From NCBI GenBank assembly GCA_028023455.1, contig JAQFVV010000002.1, positions 29,140,001 through 29,204,000 of the forward strand: DNA of 64,000 nt, in the 5' to 3' direction. The stretch comes from Epiperipatus broadwayi (taxonomy: Eukaryota > Animalia > Onychophora). The translations under genes and the position numbers were made by a program. Below are positions 35,290 through 47,090 of the stretch, piece by piece; the first letter of the stretch is position 1, and every line of letters begins with the position of its first letter. Under the pieces are notes generated by a model, which had not been told where the DNA came from, ran no database searches, and saw nothing but the letters and a program-made list of their open reading frames with translations.

Positions 35290-35612
35290 AGAATTGTATA
35301 TTAAAAGTAATGAGATAAATTGAAAAACAAATACATGAAAGAGAGAGAGTTACTACCAATAGTGAAAAAATAAAGGGAGCGAAATGGAATTGGGCTGGGG
35401 ATATTTCCTAAAGAGGTATAATAGATGGACAGCTAAATTTTTAAATGGAATGCAATAAATTGGGTAAGATCCATATAAAGACTATTTGTGAGATCACTAG
35501 ATGAAATAAAGAAGTTTGCTGGAGCAATGTGGAGAATGTCTGCACTTGAGCCCCCCCCCCCCGTAGATACCTTCGTCCTGCAATAGTTTGATCATGGTTG
35601 AAAACGATGATG
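35290..35612 (+). mobile_element. RTE-type LINE 3' end fragment
   Basis: gaaatggaattgggctgggatatttcc...gatgaaataaagaagtttgctgg...gtcctgcaatagtttgatcatggttgaaaacgatgatg. Confidence 0.75.
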
Positions 35613-35989
35613 AAATATATTAGAATTTATATACAAATACCGATTTTCAATTTGAATTTATTATATAATGGGACTTCTATTGAATACATTAATTTATAAA
35701 AATTTAAAACTACAGTTTTTCAATATACCGTTGCTTAAAATATGAAAAAAAAAAAAATGAGCAAAATTTTATTCAATAACAAAAAAAAATATTCATAGAA
35801 ATAAATATCAAAATTCTAATCAAAGTAACAAATACAGAATTAGTGTCATAAATTATTTTCTCAGAATATTATAAACTCATACATAGAATAAAGCAAATCG
35901 GTCATAAAAAATAAATTAGGATATTTTTAATTTTATAATTACTACAACACCTTTGTAAAAGCAATGGACGCTATTAAATTGCTGGTCGT

Positions 35990-37680
35990 CACTTATCTTC
36001 TTTTTTGTTGACATCAGCATCGTGACTATAAGAATCGTAAAAAAATCATAGAATTCTTGCTTCATAACTACAGTATTTTCAGATTGAATTTATTCAAAAA
36101 GTATATACTGCTTTCAGAAATTCAAGAGAGATGGCAGCACTAATTGATTAGGTCAGCTGTTGAAATTAGTAATAATGAAAGACTTTCCCTATACTTTTGC
36201 AAAATATGTAACGGGATTTGTAAATAACCCTTTACATCCCAAGACTAAAATATGCAATATAGAATATTGTAGCTACCTCTTTAGAAATACAAGAAAATTG
36301 CTTTGTAATGATAAGATTACTTTCATTAAACTTTTTATGCCCTTACTTAAAAAGAGAAAGCACACTTAAAAATATTTATCGAATTTAATTACTATCTCCA
36401 TTTCTTATTTATACGTGAGTAAAGAATACAATAGTTCCTGAGAGTTTTGGTATACTTTTACGTATTTTGTTTTTGTTTCATCTGGTATTTTTTTTTTTTC
36501 TATATGTCATAGCATCGGCCGGGACGCGGACCCACAACCGTTTGCAATAACCTCTCTGCTAACAACGCTTGACTACATCTGGTATTTTTGGTACTGTATT
36601 TTGCTCTTTGGTCAAGTGTTGGTGGCTTAGCTGCCACCCAGGTTCGCTTCGTGGTCAATTAATTTCCCTTAAACCTCTACCTTTTCTGACGACTCTTCCC
36701 TTTGATTGGAATTTAGGTTCTCATGAAAATACAGGCTTTCAAGAGAATTTCAAAGCATATTTTGTTGCGCAAAACAAACACAACTGGGCAAATTGTTTGA
36801 TTTGTCATTAAAGTGTTATATTAAAAAAAGCATAGCATTTATTATCATTATACTATGAAACATATATCTAAGGCCTTTTTTGATAGTTGTTTAGTAAGCT
36901 GTTAAAAAAAAAAAAACAATAATTATAGCAACATTCGTTACCATACATCAGTGTGATGGTGAAGTAATGGAATAGTTCTCAATTTTTACATCAAAAAATT
37001 ATTTTCGTTTTACAACAAACAATAATGGTTACAGTGAAGTTGAAAATAAAGAGTGGTCTTGTCTTTTAGCTTTACTGGTGCAACATCGCAGAAAAACTTA
37101 GTGAACTCAATCGTGCTTTATAGGCTGAAAAGCTGACATCTATTATGAAGGAATACAAAACCAAAATACTGCATCATTTTCTAAACAGAACTAAAAATCA
37201 ATCATTTTGTAATGATATTTTTGTAAAAAAACTATATTATTTTTTAATCTATTTAGCTGCCTTATACAAGATGTTAAAAAATATTAAGAACTGTCTATTA
37301 CTTGTTGAAAATGCCTGATACTTAGAAACAGCAATTAATATACAAATAGCTGCTCTTGTCTACGATTATGCAGAACTCTTTGATAAATTGATCGAGCTTA
37401 GAAATGAACTGCATCTGGAAATGTTTAAAGATGTAGGGAAAGGAAAATGACTAATGTTACACACTAGTGCCTGAAAAATACAAGACTATACAAAAGTGTG
37501 CAAAAATGATGCTCATATTGTTCACATCAGCATATCTTTGTAAATTATTTAATTCCAAAATGGAATTTGCGAAGAATGTATACAGAAATAGGTGAATTGA
37601 TTCTCACCTTAATGATTTATAAGAGTAGCATGGAGCAATTATAAAACTGAGTCATCTAATTTTTAAATAAACACTTGATC
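35990..37680 (+). pseudogene. Decayed hAT transposase, copy 2 (insertion at ~36380-36830)
   Basis: Collinear with 2380-4433; PYTFAKYV...KICNI...RNT; YHT.V.W; EVENKEWSCLL; KYKTIQKCAK..L..F.SAYLC...F...K..RNR..DSHLND. Confidence 0.8.
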
Positions 37681-37845
37681 ACATTTAGATTTACATTTGT
37701 TATTGGATTATGATTATATTGTAGTAAGTTGTGGTCCATATTGTGCCCCACATAACATTGGAGACATATGTGTTGTCCTTGATGTTAACACAAAAGCAAA
37801 TAGTATAATAAAAACATGTCTCTATGAATGCAATATATGTTGTAT

Positions 37846-38017
37846 ATACAGAAACTGTAGTAAGAGCAAAGCTTTAGTAACAATAAAAATACTGTAGTGC
37901 TTAAAGTGCTAGGTTACAAGCATCTCTACATTGATGACAATTATCTGTCCAAAGCATGCTAAGCACTACAATATTTTTAATGTTAATTAAGTTTTGCTCT
38001 TAATACAGTTTTTGTAT
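37846..38017. repeat. Imperfect ~170-bp fold-back (MITE-like)
   Basis: atacagaaactgtagtaagagcaaagctttagtaacaataaaaatactgtagtgctt versus reverse complement atacaaaaactgtattaagagcaaaacttaattaacattaaaaatattgtagtgctt. Confidence 0.7.
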
Positions 38018-38399
38018 TTGTATTCCTGTGGCTAATAAATGTAAAGACTGCCATATATGTTTCTTATGTCAGTTGTTAAACAATGGATTCGCAATTTGTT
38101 CATTATAATCTTTAAGAGGGTCATAAATGTCGTTCTCGTGGAATCACTGTCATTATTTATAATTGCAATTATGTTTAAAGAAAATTCCTCTTTGAAAATA
38201 ATTTGAACACTTATTTATTTCAATATGAATATCTTGCTTTAATTTATTAGCGTTTATGAATAATGAAAGGAAGTTACTTGAAATCCATAAATATTTCCAA
38301 AATATTAAAAAACAATGTAAGCTCTTATTTTAAAAAGTAAAGTTAGGTTTAATATGTGTTACCATACTTTCTTTTGAATCTGAGACTTTAGACCATTCA

Positions 38400-38740
38400 T
38401 CAAAGTATGGAGATGATTAACAGCAAGTGATTGAAATCAAGGTATGTGGGTGAGAAGGTAAATATATATCATTGAGATCATGGAAGGATTCAAATGCTGG
38501 AATGGAGCCAGGGTGAATATATTGCTATAAAAGGGGTTAATAGATAGACAGTTGAAGGCTTAAAATGGATTGCAAGAAATTATAAAAGGCATAGATAAAG
38601 TCCACTCGAAAGATGGAGGATGAAATAAGTGAGTTTGCTGGCATATTGTGGAGGAGAGAGGCTCAGATTCTAATAAACATTAATAAATTTGGAGATCTTC
38701 ATTCTGCAGTGGACTCATAATGATTGAAAAATGATGGTGA
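38400..38740 (+). mobile_element. RTE-type LINE 3' end fragment
   Basis: Alignable with 4530-4832, including the tail ctgcagtggactcataatgattgaaaaatgatggtgat. Confidence 0.7.
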
Positions 38741-39559
38741 TAAATTATTTGCTATGTTAGGATTTTAAGATTTTTAAAAAACTACACCAGGTATAATTGC
38801 TGAAAGATTCTTGACTTCGTTTAAGAAGTTACAGTGCATCACATCACCTTTGTATGTAGGTAACAAGCAAAGATATGATTTCATAATCTAGGGGAATAAT
38901 TTACAAAGTAATATTTCACATTGCATAATTTTTATTTAGATTATATATTTAAATAAAATTGGTGATTTAAATATGCTGATAGGGTCGGGTGGTAAGTTTC
39001 TTGAAAATAGGGGAAAGGTGCCATATCTTGAACTAAATTGGGAAAGGCTGCTTTAAACCAGGACTGTCATAGGCCATCAAATTTATTTCTAAGGCCTCAA
39101 TCTAAAAAAAGTTATCCTACACTCACAAAAAATTATCCGAAAAAATGGAAGAACTTACGTAAACGAAAAAATATCATTTAAATTTTTTAATTTATTTTTT
39201 CTTTAAATGATAAAACAAAATATATAATCAGAAAAATTAATATAATTTATTTGATTCTTGGGTTTTAGAAACTATTTTATCACTATCAATTATAATTATT
39301 TGAGATGAAGATATTTTAATTGTGGATGTTAAATGTTCAATTGTTGATTAGCTCTATGTGAAATTTTACTTATCTTTAAAAGGAAAATAATTGCTTTAAT
39401 AATTCTGTAACTATTAAACATTGCCAAGATTTTTGCAACAAACATGTCATTTAATAATAAAAAAATTTAATTTATTTACTATATGGATTGAGGCAGTTTA
39501 ACCATTGACAAGATAAAATAAAGAATCCTGTAAAAATTAGTCAGAAGTTAGATTCATTT

Positions 39560-40260
39560 CAATTCATGTACTCTCTAGCCATAAATCTGATACTCACTAT
39601 CTATGTGATTTCATAGTTTATATTTGTTCATTTCTGCAATGATCAAGGTCGGGTAAATTCCAATCTGAGTCATCATGAATCCATTGGTAACACTCCAAAT
39701 GTGTATGGGAAAATCACATCTTCTTGTCATTATTGGTGGATCAGAAAAAATAAATTTATTTGGAATCGTATAAAAATATTACATTGTCCATCACAATTCT
39801 TCGAGTGTCCATTCTTGTTTGGCCATCAAAAAAGGGATCTTGGTTTGAGCCAATTTTAGGTACTGAAATTTGGATTTGCATTATGGGAAAATCTGATTGG
39901 ATTAACAATTTTTATACATTTTCTACGAGACAATATATTAGATGAAGAAACATGTTTATGAATAAGATGCCATTGCATAGGAATAGACATATATGTAATA
40001 TTTTGAATCTTATACAGAAGTATAATGTGAGAAGATTTTTTTTCACACAAAAACACAATATTCACCAATAGCAGATGCTTAGACTGAGGAAGTTGTTCCT
40101 ATAACCCTAAGTACTATTATCTTCCTTAATAAGGAGATCATTTCTAAAAAATAATTTTGATATAACTTTAGAATATTGAACAAAATAATTCTGGCTATGA
40201 TCCAAAGTTACTCCTAAAGAGCAATGGATGATATTAAATTTCATATTATTGTATGGACAT
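39560..40260 (-). pseudogene. Ingi/I-group LINE 3' fragment
   Basis: LG.TLD and RN.LL.K remnants near 40100-40220 and a C-terminal C.C..EQ.QT..HI..EC-like remnant near 39590-39660. Confidence 0.45.
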
Positions 40261-40289
40261 TTAACAGAATATCAAAAAAACACTTTAGA

Positions 40290-40565
40290 CCAATAAAGAA
40301 AATATAGAGATGTTTATTAGAAGTAATGAGAAAAAATTGAAAACCAAATATAGGAATGAAATTAAATCACTAATAATATTAAAATAATAATAAGAGTGAA
40401 ATGGAATTTTAAATAGAATCCAAGAAATAGTGAAAGATCTATATTGAGACTATTTGTGACATTACTAGATGAAATAAAGATGGTTGGTGTGATGTGGAGG
40501 TCTGCATTTGAAACATTCCACAGATGGAGAGAATTTCGTAGTGCAATGGTTGAAAATGATGATGA
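40290..40565 (+). mobile_element. RTE-type LINE 3' end fragment
   Basis: Matches 35290-35612 and 1690-1990; tail gttgaaaatgatgatgaaat. Confidence 0.7.
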
Positions 40566-42389
40566 AATATATTTTATTTATTGAAGTGGTGCATATCTGT
40601 ACACATATACGCTTGCTTCATGTTTACATGAATTAAAGCCTATTTCCCATTTTATAACGTATTTTTTAATATCTGCATACATTAGTAATATGGCCCTGTG
40701 CGTGTGTATAATTTTACATTTTAAAGTTAAAAGCTGATTGTTTTAAGTCACGCTATATTATTAAGAAAAGTGTTTTGTTAAAAGCATAATCAATTAAGTA
40801 AAGAAATATTAATAAAATGTATACAATGGGAGAAAGGTAGGAAGCCATTACAGGAGGGAGTGTGTCGTATTTTCCTATCTATAGATACAATCAGCTACAA
40901 TAGTTACAGTTGAACATCTTCAGAGTCTATACACATTTTAAGGTGTTAAATGAAAGTAAAAGACAATGGAAAGAAAATCATTTCAGCTACACACAAGGTA
41001 CGAGGAAAGAGAAAACTAATGGAATGTGAATTTAAAGCAAAACGTAGGACTAAATCCATTACGAATTAAAAAGTGGACCCTAGACATAAGAATAAGTATA
41101 TAAACCTGGAAGGGAGCATTGTGTTAATTATTATGAGAAATTTTATAGAGAATTATTATGATTCTTATTAAAATTATTATTAGAAGAGAATTAAATGTAG
41201 AATATGTAGAAGACAAACTGATATAATAAAAATATTAGAAGATATATTCAGTATAATACTTCTAGTTGGTTATCCTGCTTAAGCTTCCACTCATGGTAAA
41301 AGTACCTGCCGTTATGAGCGAGTAATCGGGCATCGGTTTCTCCGCAGTCATTGAAGTTGCCATCCAGAAGAATTCGATCAAAATGAAGATCTATCCACAT
41401 CCTACCTACTCCATGCAAATCTGAAGTCTGTGAATCCATCTGTGCAGAAAAAGCCCCGAAGTCATCATCATACTGTCGGTAAAAATGCTTTAATTTTATT
41501 CAAATTTAACTATAACACATTTTTCTTTTAATATATTTTCATTATCTAGTCTTAACCTTGTAAATTATATATAAAGAGTATATATCATCAATGTTAAATC
41601 TACTGGTTTTATTATAGAGCAAATTAGAAATCTATAAGTTGTATTTTTTCCATTTTTCTTTCTTACCTTGAATGATGGAGAGAGAAATTTAAATCATTAA
41701 ACATGCTTACACATGTCTGCTCTTAAAATCCCAAGGAATGGAACGAATCAAGATGATAAATTTAAAGCTATCAAATTTTAAAAGAATAACACATATAAAT
41801 TGTTTTTCTTGGTTTCCCTTCTTACCCCCCCCCCCCATCATATCAAAGAAGATTATGTTTCCAATTTCTTGGAATTATATAAAGAATTAGTGAAGGATGG
41901 CGAGCATATTTCCATTCAATTAATTATATAAATCATTTTGTTTATTGTGCTGTTCTAATTGAAGATCTTTGTAATAAAATAATGTATTAATTCTGTTTAA
42001 TTTGTTACTTCATGTGATGCTAAAATTAATACTATTTTGTTAAAATGATACTATATAATGAAAACTAATATTAAGATTGTCATATTCATACTTCAGTATT
42101 CCATTACGTGAAAGTGATATTTATAAAGTTATCTAGATGTATGTATTGCATTACTTATCGATGCAGTATAATATATATAAATTAAAACAGCAATTCCGCA
42201 ATGTAAGAAGAAAATGGATCATACTAGCAGTTTATTTTAGGGGTAATTAATCTTCCTAATATTTTAAATGTTATATTATTAGATTTCTAAATTTAAGATG
42301 ATTAAAATACTTATTATGAACGGGTTCTAGTTATAAAATGATCATACATGGTTAACTAGAGATGCTCATTTCTTATATAAAATAAGTTT

Positions 42390-43560
42390 CACAATGTTTA
42401 TTATTAGTGTAGGTGGAAGGTTTAATAATTTGTTTATATATATATTGCATTCCGACCCCTTCATATGTGTTGCAATGGTTGTCTTATTATAAAATTTGTT
42501 ATCTTTATTCATTGCATAGTTCACTCACCTTCATATAGACACTGCCACAAATGCAGGCTATATTCTCTCTTGCGTGCCTCGGTTCCTAATCAAGTATCAG
42601 CACTGGTCTAAATCATGCAATGGAGCTGAAAACGTATCATCACCCCAAAACCTTAGATTTAGCATGTCTTTTTCATTGTTATGTACCCTCGGTTGGAAGT
42701 AGGAGCACTGCTGTGGCCAAGGACCTCCATCCTTAATCATGAACCGTGCCAGCAGATCACTAAGCCGAACATCCATACATTTATTTACCATTGATAGCAC
42801 TCACATAGGTAGTACCATGATTTCTAACTAAGGTTTATCTGTAGCCTTCGCCTGTGCTCATTAGCAACCGTGGGTGAACTTAAATCGAACCCATCCACAA
42901 TTGTCCCATTAAACAAATATGTGTGATAAATTGTTAGATTCAAATCTATAATGGCTGAAAGATTCTCATACCTCCAATATAAATTAAATAGGGCACACAT
43001 TATTGTAAGCCACCACCATCTTCCGTAATACTATGTAAAAGGCTAGTAGATTATCTTAATCTCATTATTTATAAGCTATTCTATCCATGTTTTAATTTCT
43101 GTAATAAAATTTATATTATCATTGTTAACTAAAATTGTTTCATCGCAAGTCAGAACTATTAAGTAATTATTATATATAAATTCGGTAAATATGTTAAATT
43201 GCCAAAACAAACACATCCATGGTTTTGTACATTACTGATATATTTCATGTTATAGCACTGTAGAAATGATCAAATTCCAAAATCATGTTAATAACCATAA
43301 GGTAAATTAATTAATGTAGGGTGTTAATGAGTGCTAGTATATAATGAAATTGCAAGTTATAAAGAACCCTGACAGAAAGAGTCCATATTTGAACCTGAGC
43401 TATGTCGCACTGTATGAAGGGAAGCTGTGTGACATCAAGGATGTTCATGTGTTTGAGACTAGGAAGCTTAGGTAGAGGTTTAAACTAGGAGCATGGGGGA
43501 AGCCCTGTGTTTGTTGGTTGGGAGTCCCTGATTGGTCTTCTTGACTGATTGTACAATCTT
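42390..43560. repeat. Old ~1.1-kb dispersed repeat, copy 2
   Basis: Collinear with 570-1625; ORF 42597-42800 lies inside it. Confidence 0.65.
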
Positions 43561-44847
43561 GACCATTACAGGGATTTTGTATATAACATGATGCTACCAA
43601 CATGAGGCTTTGAAAATCTGCTTCATGCCATGGTGGGAGCACTCTTAAGTTAATCCAAAAGAGGGGTTTAAAAAAATGAAATTTTTTTTTTGGTGGGGTT
43701 ATAATACATATGTTTTTTGTTATACAACATGGTGTCATCAGCAAGTTATGCTTTGAACTGCCTACATGCGTATTATTTTCTATTAAAAAAAATACTGTAA
43801 CTTTTTATAGATACACACAAACAAAAACAACCCGTTTTATGATTAATTACTGTCCAAAAAAACGTAAATTATCTGGGAATCATTTTAAAATTTAATGTGA
43901 ATTTCTAAATTTTGTTTTTTTTAAATAGTAATATTATTTACTACTAGTTATTATAATTTCCTATTACAAAACTAAAGCCGATATTTATATAGAATCACAG
44001 GCCTGGCCCGGAATCGTAATATGTATGTGTTTTTGATTAGCATCAACACCATCAAACGGCTGATACGATAGAATAGAAAACAACCTCCTTTTGTTTCTAA
44101 TGTTTATAATTAAAATAGTTATTGTTATTTTTCTTTTCTTTCTCTATTATTTTTAGTCATTCGGATTAATTCAGAGCAAAACCATCAGGTGGCTTTCATG
44201 CAATTGATAATCTCTCTGCGTACTAATTAATGAGAATAGGGGTTCTCTCTTTGTGTAATTATATTTCTATTTTTTAATTACTTATGATAATTCTGATTCT
44301 AATCCATCTCTTTCTACTATTTTTTTTTCATTTTGCAATTAATATGACTACACTCATTTATGAGTGGCTGTTAAGCAACTCCTTTATATATAAACACACA
44401 CACACAAACAGTGGAACAAAACAATTAGAGAATAAACATATGTTACCAAGACTCATTTTATCAAAACTTTTATTACACTTAAAAATTCCTAAGTTAGTGA
44501 ACCAGTTTCTTCTTCATTAGTGACAACCATAGAAGGTATATAATTTTCTGATTGGGTGCCATAGGATTTCGTAGGCTCTTTAACTCCAGGTAGCACAGAA
44601 TCTTTATTTTTCAAAATACCTGGTCTGAATGATGAATGCTATTAAATATATATATATATTAAAATTATGATTGCTAAAAATATTGATCATAGCACATGTA
44701 AATTCAAAATAAAAATAGATTTCATTCTTAAATTGATTATATTCAAAACACATAAACAACAATAATATTAAAGAAAAATATATTTTTACTTCTAATATTT
44801 GATTCTTTGGATTAAAGAAATAACAACCTTTTTACTATAATGCACAT

Positions 44848-45031
44848 TTCAAATTTGCATATGCTTGTTCATCTCCATGGTGAAGCGGTTTCTTTCTTCA
44901 TTATAATGTAAAGTTGAGTGCACTTTCGGTGAAGTTCGCCGTAATTGTAACTCTCTTACTGAAAGTGCAATGCTATAGATTATAAAGAAGCCATTTCATT
45001 ACACAGATAAACAAATGTATGCAAATTTGAA
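44848..45031. repeat. Imperfect ~185-bp fold-back with terminal octamer motifs
   Basis: ttcaaatttgcatatgcttgttcatct...gcactttc versus gaaagtgc...agataaacaaatgtatgcaaatttgaa. Confidence 0.7.
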
Positions 45032-45545
45032 TTACAAATCCAACCGAAAGGAAAAATCAATATTATAATGCATACTAGTGTGTGCGTGTGAGAGAAGCAG
45101 AAACTTATATTCAAAATTTAGTCATTAAAGTAGTGCTGAAATTATTTTCTTTCGCTTTTCATATCTCCTCTTATCAAGTAATAAAATAATTATTTTATTT
45201 AAAGATAAGTTTGTGTTAATATTCTATCCATGAAATGTTTTTGTAAATGGATATTATAGCTGTCTGAAGAAAAGGATCAATTCCTAAAGATGTGTTTTCA
45301 CTAGATAACTTTTAAGTGAAGTTAGGGATGCTAAACATTTGTTAAAATTAAATATAAATCCTAGTTTGGTGGTTTTAAAACTGCAACTAAAAGGTTTCTG
45401 AAAGTGATAGTATGTGTATGCTTAAATACACATACCTATAAAGGTATAAATTACTAATGAAAATAAATAATAACTTATAAAGGAATTATAGAATTTTAAA
45501 GACTGATCCTTTTAGAATAGTAAAATAAAAGTTATTTATAACTTT

Positions 45546-45825
45546 AAACAAGGCAAAACTCTGCATACAGTAGTGCCACCCTGTGCCAATCAGAGTAATC
45601 AATGGATGCCAGAAGGCTTGTGCATAAAATCCCTGTGTAGTGCCTACTCATCCAATATCCCCAGGCTAGTTTCTGGCTTGTGGCCTTCGTCAGTGAGGAT
45701 GCCTTCTGGCATCCATTGATTACTCTGGTTGGCACAAGGTGCCACTACTGTATGGAGAGTTTTGCCTTGTTTAATAACAATTATGTGCTAGTATAAGAGA
45801 TAGTGATCACGTGATGTGTAGTGGT
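45546..45825 (+). mobile_element. Palindromic HHR mini-element, centrally deleted copy with 14-bp TSD
   Basis: TSD TTATTTATAACTTT at 45532-45545 and 45826-45839; same arms and tail as 11171-11594. Confidence 0.88.
45659..45698 (-). ncRNA. Hammerhead ribozyme motif (probably impaired: GCC instead of GUC)
   Basis: CCUCA-CUGACGA-AGGC cacaa GCCA-GAAA-CUAGCC-UGGGG. Confidence 0.7.
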
Positions 45826-46999
45826 TTATTTATAACTTTGTGAGATTAAAAAAAAGATTATTTTCTGAAAGTAAAAGCAGTTAAAATAATGAGAGGAATG
45901 CGGTATTAAAGTGGGATATTGAACAATTACAGGAATTTGAATTTCCTTCATGATAATAAAGTGTAAACTAACTCATTGATTAAAGTCAGCTATATAATGG
46001 TTTAAATTCTTATATCCAGCATGGGAGTAGTGAAAGGAAGAATCACCTAAGTGGATGGACGGAATACAAGTCAAACAGCTTTAGGGAATGAAACTGAAAG
46101 GATTCAGTGCAAATTGGATCGAGAAAAGGACCCTCAATTCTTGGAGCTTCACTTGTGCACACGGACTTATAAGTGAGTGCAGAACATCACCCGGATGTAC
46201 AGGGGCTTCTAGTACAGAAAACTGGCTTCCGAACATGTGAACAGCCAGCTAGGATTCATACAGATCGTGTTGATCTTCAATATTACTTTTATATCCTATG
46301 GGCCTATGTATATATAAATATATACAATTTGTAATGTTTAGTTAGAAATTGCTAAGAGTATTATTAATAAATTGCATCTAATCTCAACCTAATAGTGTCA
46401 AGTCATTACTGGATGATTATGTCTGGTGACAGTTAAGTTCGCAGACAAGGTGTCTGGCAGTATAATAAGCCAGGACATAACAGAAAGTGCAGTTACCAAC
46501 CTATTTTCATAAAACAAAATGGATGGCCTTTGCCCTAAGTTGAATCAGAAAATAATTAACTACATAATTTTTTGTTTGCTATCGTATTTACTATTATTTA
46601 TTAAGATTACAAGTTTAGAAAATCAGAAGTTAGTCAAGTAAAAATTTGTTAGCCAATCACTAATATAAGACAACCACCATAATAGAAATTTTAAACTTTG
46701 AATAATAAACATAACATTTATTTTAGATTCATCAATATTATATAAATCATTTATAAATTGCTTTTATTATTTATATTTATTTAATAAGTGCAATGGTTTT
46801 GATTTGCCATTTATATTTTAATCCCTTTGTTGTTTAGTGGACCTTAAATTTAATTAAAAGTTCCTAAGTCGATTCTCATCTGAGTACATTAAAACCGTAA
46901 TCTGGTCAAGGGAACGAAATTGCAAGTTCAAACACTACCTGATCTCCGTAAAAATATTATCGTTTAGATTTTATAGTAAATAGTTCTAACGCAGTTGCC

Positions 47000-47090
47000 T
47001 GATCACCATTTCTTATATTTACACAAGCTGTTTACACAGAAGCTAAACCCTCCATACAGTAGCACCACCAGTGCCAGCCAGAGTAATCAA
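47000..47090 (-). mobile_element. 5'-truncated copy of the palindromic HHR mini-element
   Basis: gatcaccatttcttatat...ccctccatacagtagcaccaccagtgccagccagagtaatcaa matches 56021-56112. Confidence 0.7.

Noticed and set aside
41260-41290. KQDNQ as a mononegavirus L-protein GDNQ motif
   Set aside because: The Gly is absent and there is no motif A/B context.
42597-42800. 67-aa ORF with GGPWPQ as a host exon
   Set aside because: It lies in a dispersed repeat whose other copy (800-1080) does not visibly preserve the frame.
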